Positions 63,698-64,000 of a stretch of DNA of 64,000 nucleotides are shown here, piece by piece; position 1 is the first letter of the stretch, and each line of letters opens with the position of its first letter. Origin of the DNA: Nemertoderma westbladi (lineage: Eukaryota; Animalia; Xenacoelomorpha); NCBI GenBank assembly GCA_032718475.1, contig JAUCBJ010001327.1:6209-70208 (forward strand). Reading direction: 5' to 3'. The translations under genes were made by a program, and so were the position numbers. The notes beneath the pieces were generated by a model, which was not told the origin of the DNA, ran no database searches, and saw only the letters and a program-made list of their open reading frames with translations.

Positions 63698-64000
63698 CCC
63701 CGCCTCCTTACAATATTGATGTCTATTGTATAAGTTCTATTTTTAATGTTGTATCACCCTCATGACTCTATTTATTATTGTATTTAATCTCATATATTTA
63801 AAATAAATAAATACTAGCAACCCGCTAATTTAACGTAACCAGCACAACTTAGTTCAGCTAAAGTAACGCTCGGACCTTTATTCCAGTTGACTAATATTTA
63901 TAATTATTCAAAAAGTACGTCAACTTAATAAAGGAGGCCTTTAAGCAAAGTTTGTTAGATTTACTTCTATATTATGTTTAAATAATAAATTAAACGATGT

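Noticed and set aside
63477-63698. Poly-Gly ORF and other long G/C homopolymers (11298, 12981, 14712, 37391)
   Set aside because: Simple homopolymer tracts with unreliable lengths and no coding evidence.

Overview
AT-rich eukaryotic (probably invertebrate animal) repeat-dense window with no prokaryotic features. From left to right: a decayed LINE RT fragment; a ~9-kb, very homogeneous 32-bp satellite; a foldback element and minisatellites; then three related BEL/Pao LTR retrotransposons. Element A (~17.7-26 kb, minus) is an old divergent relic. Element B (26168-44702, plus) is full-length with a GGTAG target-site duplication. Element C (46799-59571, minus) has a CACAA TSD, nearly identical LTRs and internal deletions. 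Nested DNA transposons include two CCCAG-ended elements with 2-bp TSDs, an IS3EU-type element and a hairpin MITE. The only host gene is an uninterrupted STRAD pseudokinase ORF (61889-62869). The most unusual signal is that all three BEL/Pao elements carry, in the env position, the same large non-env accessory ORF (~1400 codons when reconstructed in B). It has three zinc-knuckle motifs, possible RRM-like segments and a basic tail. In B and C it is preceded by a conserved ~1.7-kb non-coding region containing a duplicated stem-loop/pseudoknot with compensatory base changes. B and C also lack a canonical tRNA primer-binding site. All family assignments come from motif recognition by eye; no database searches were run.
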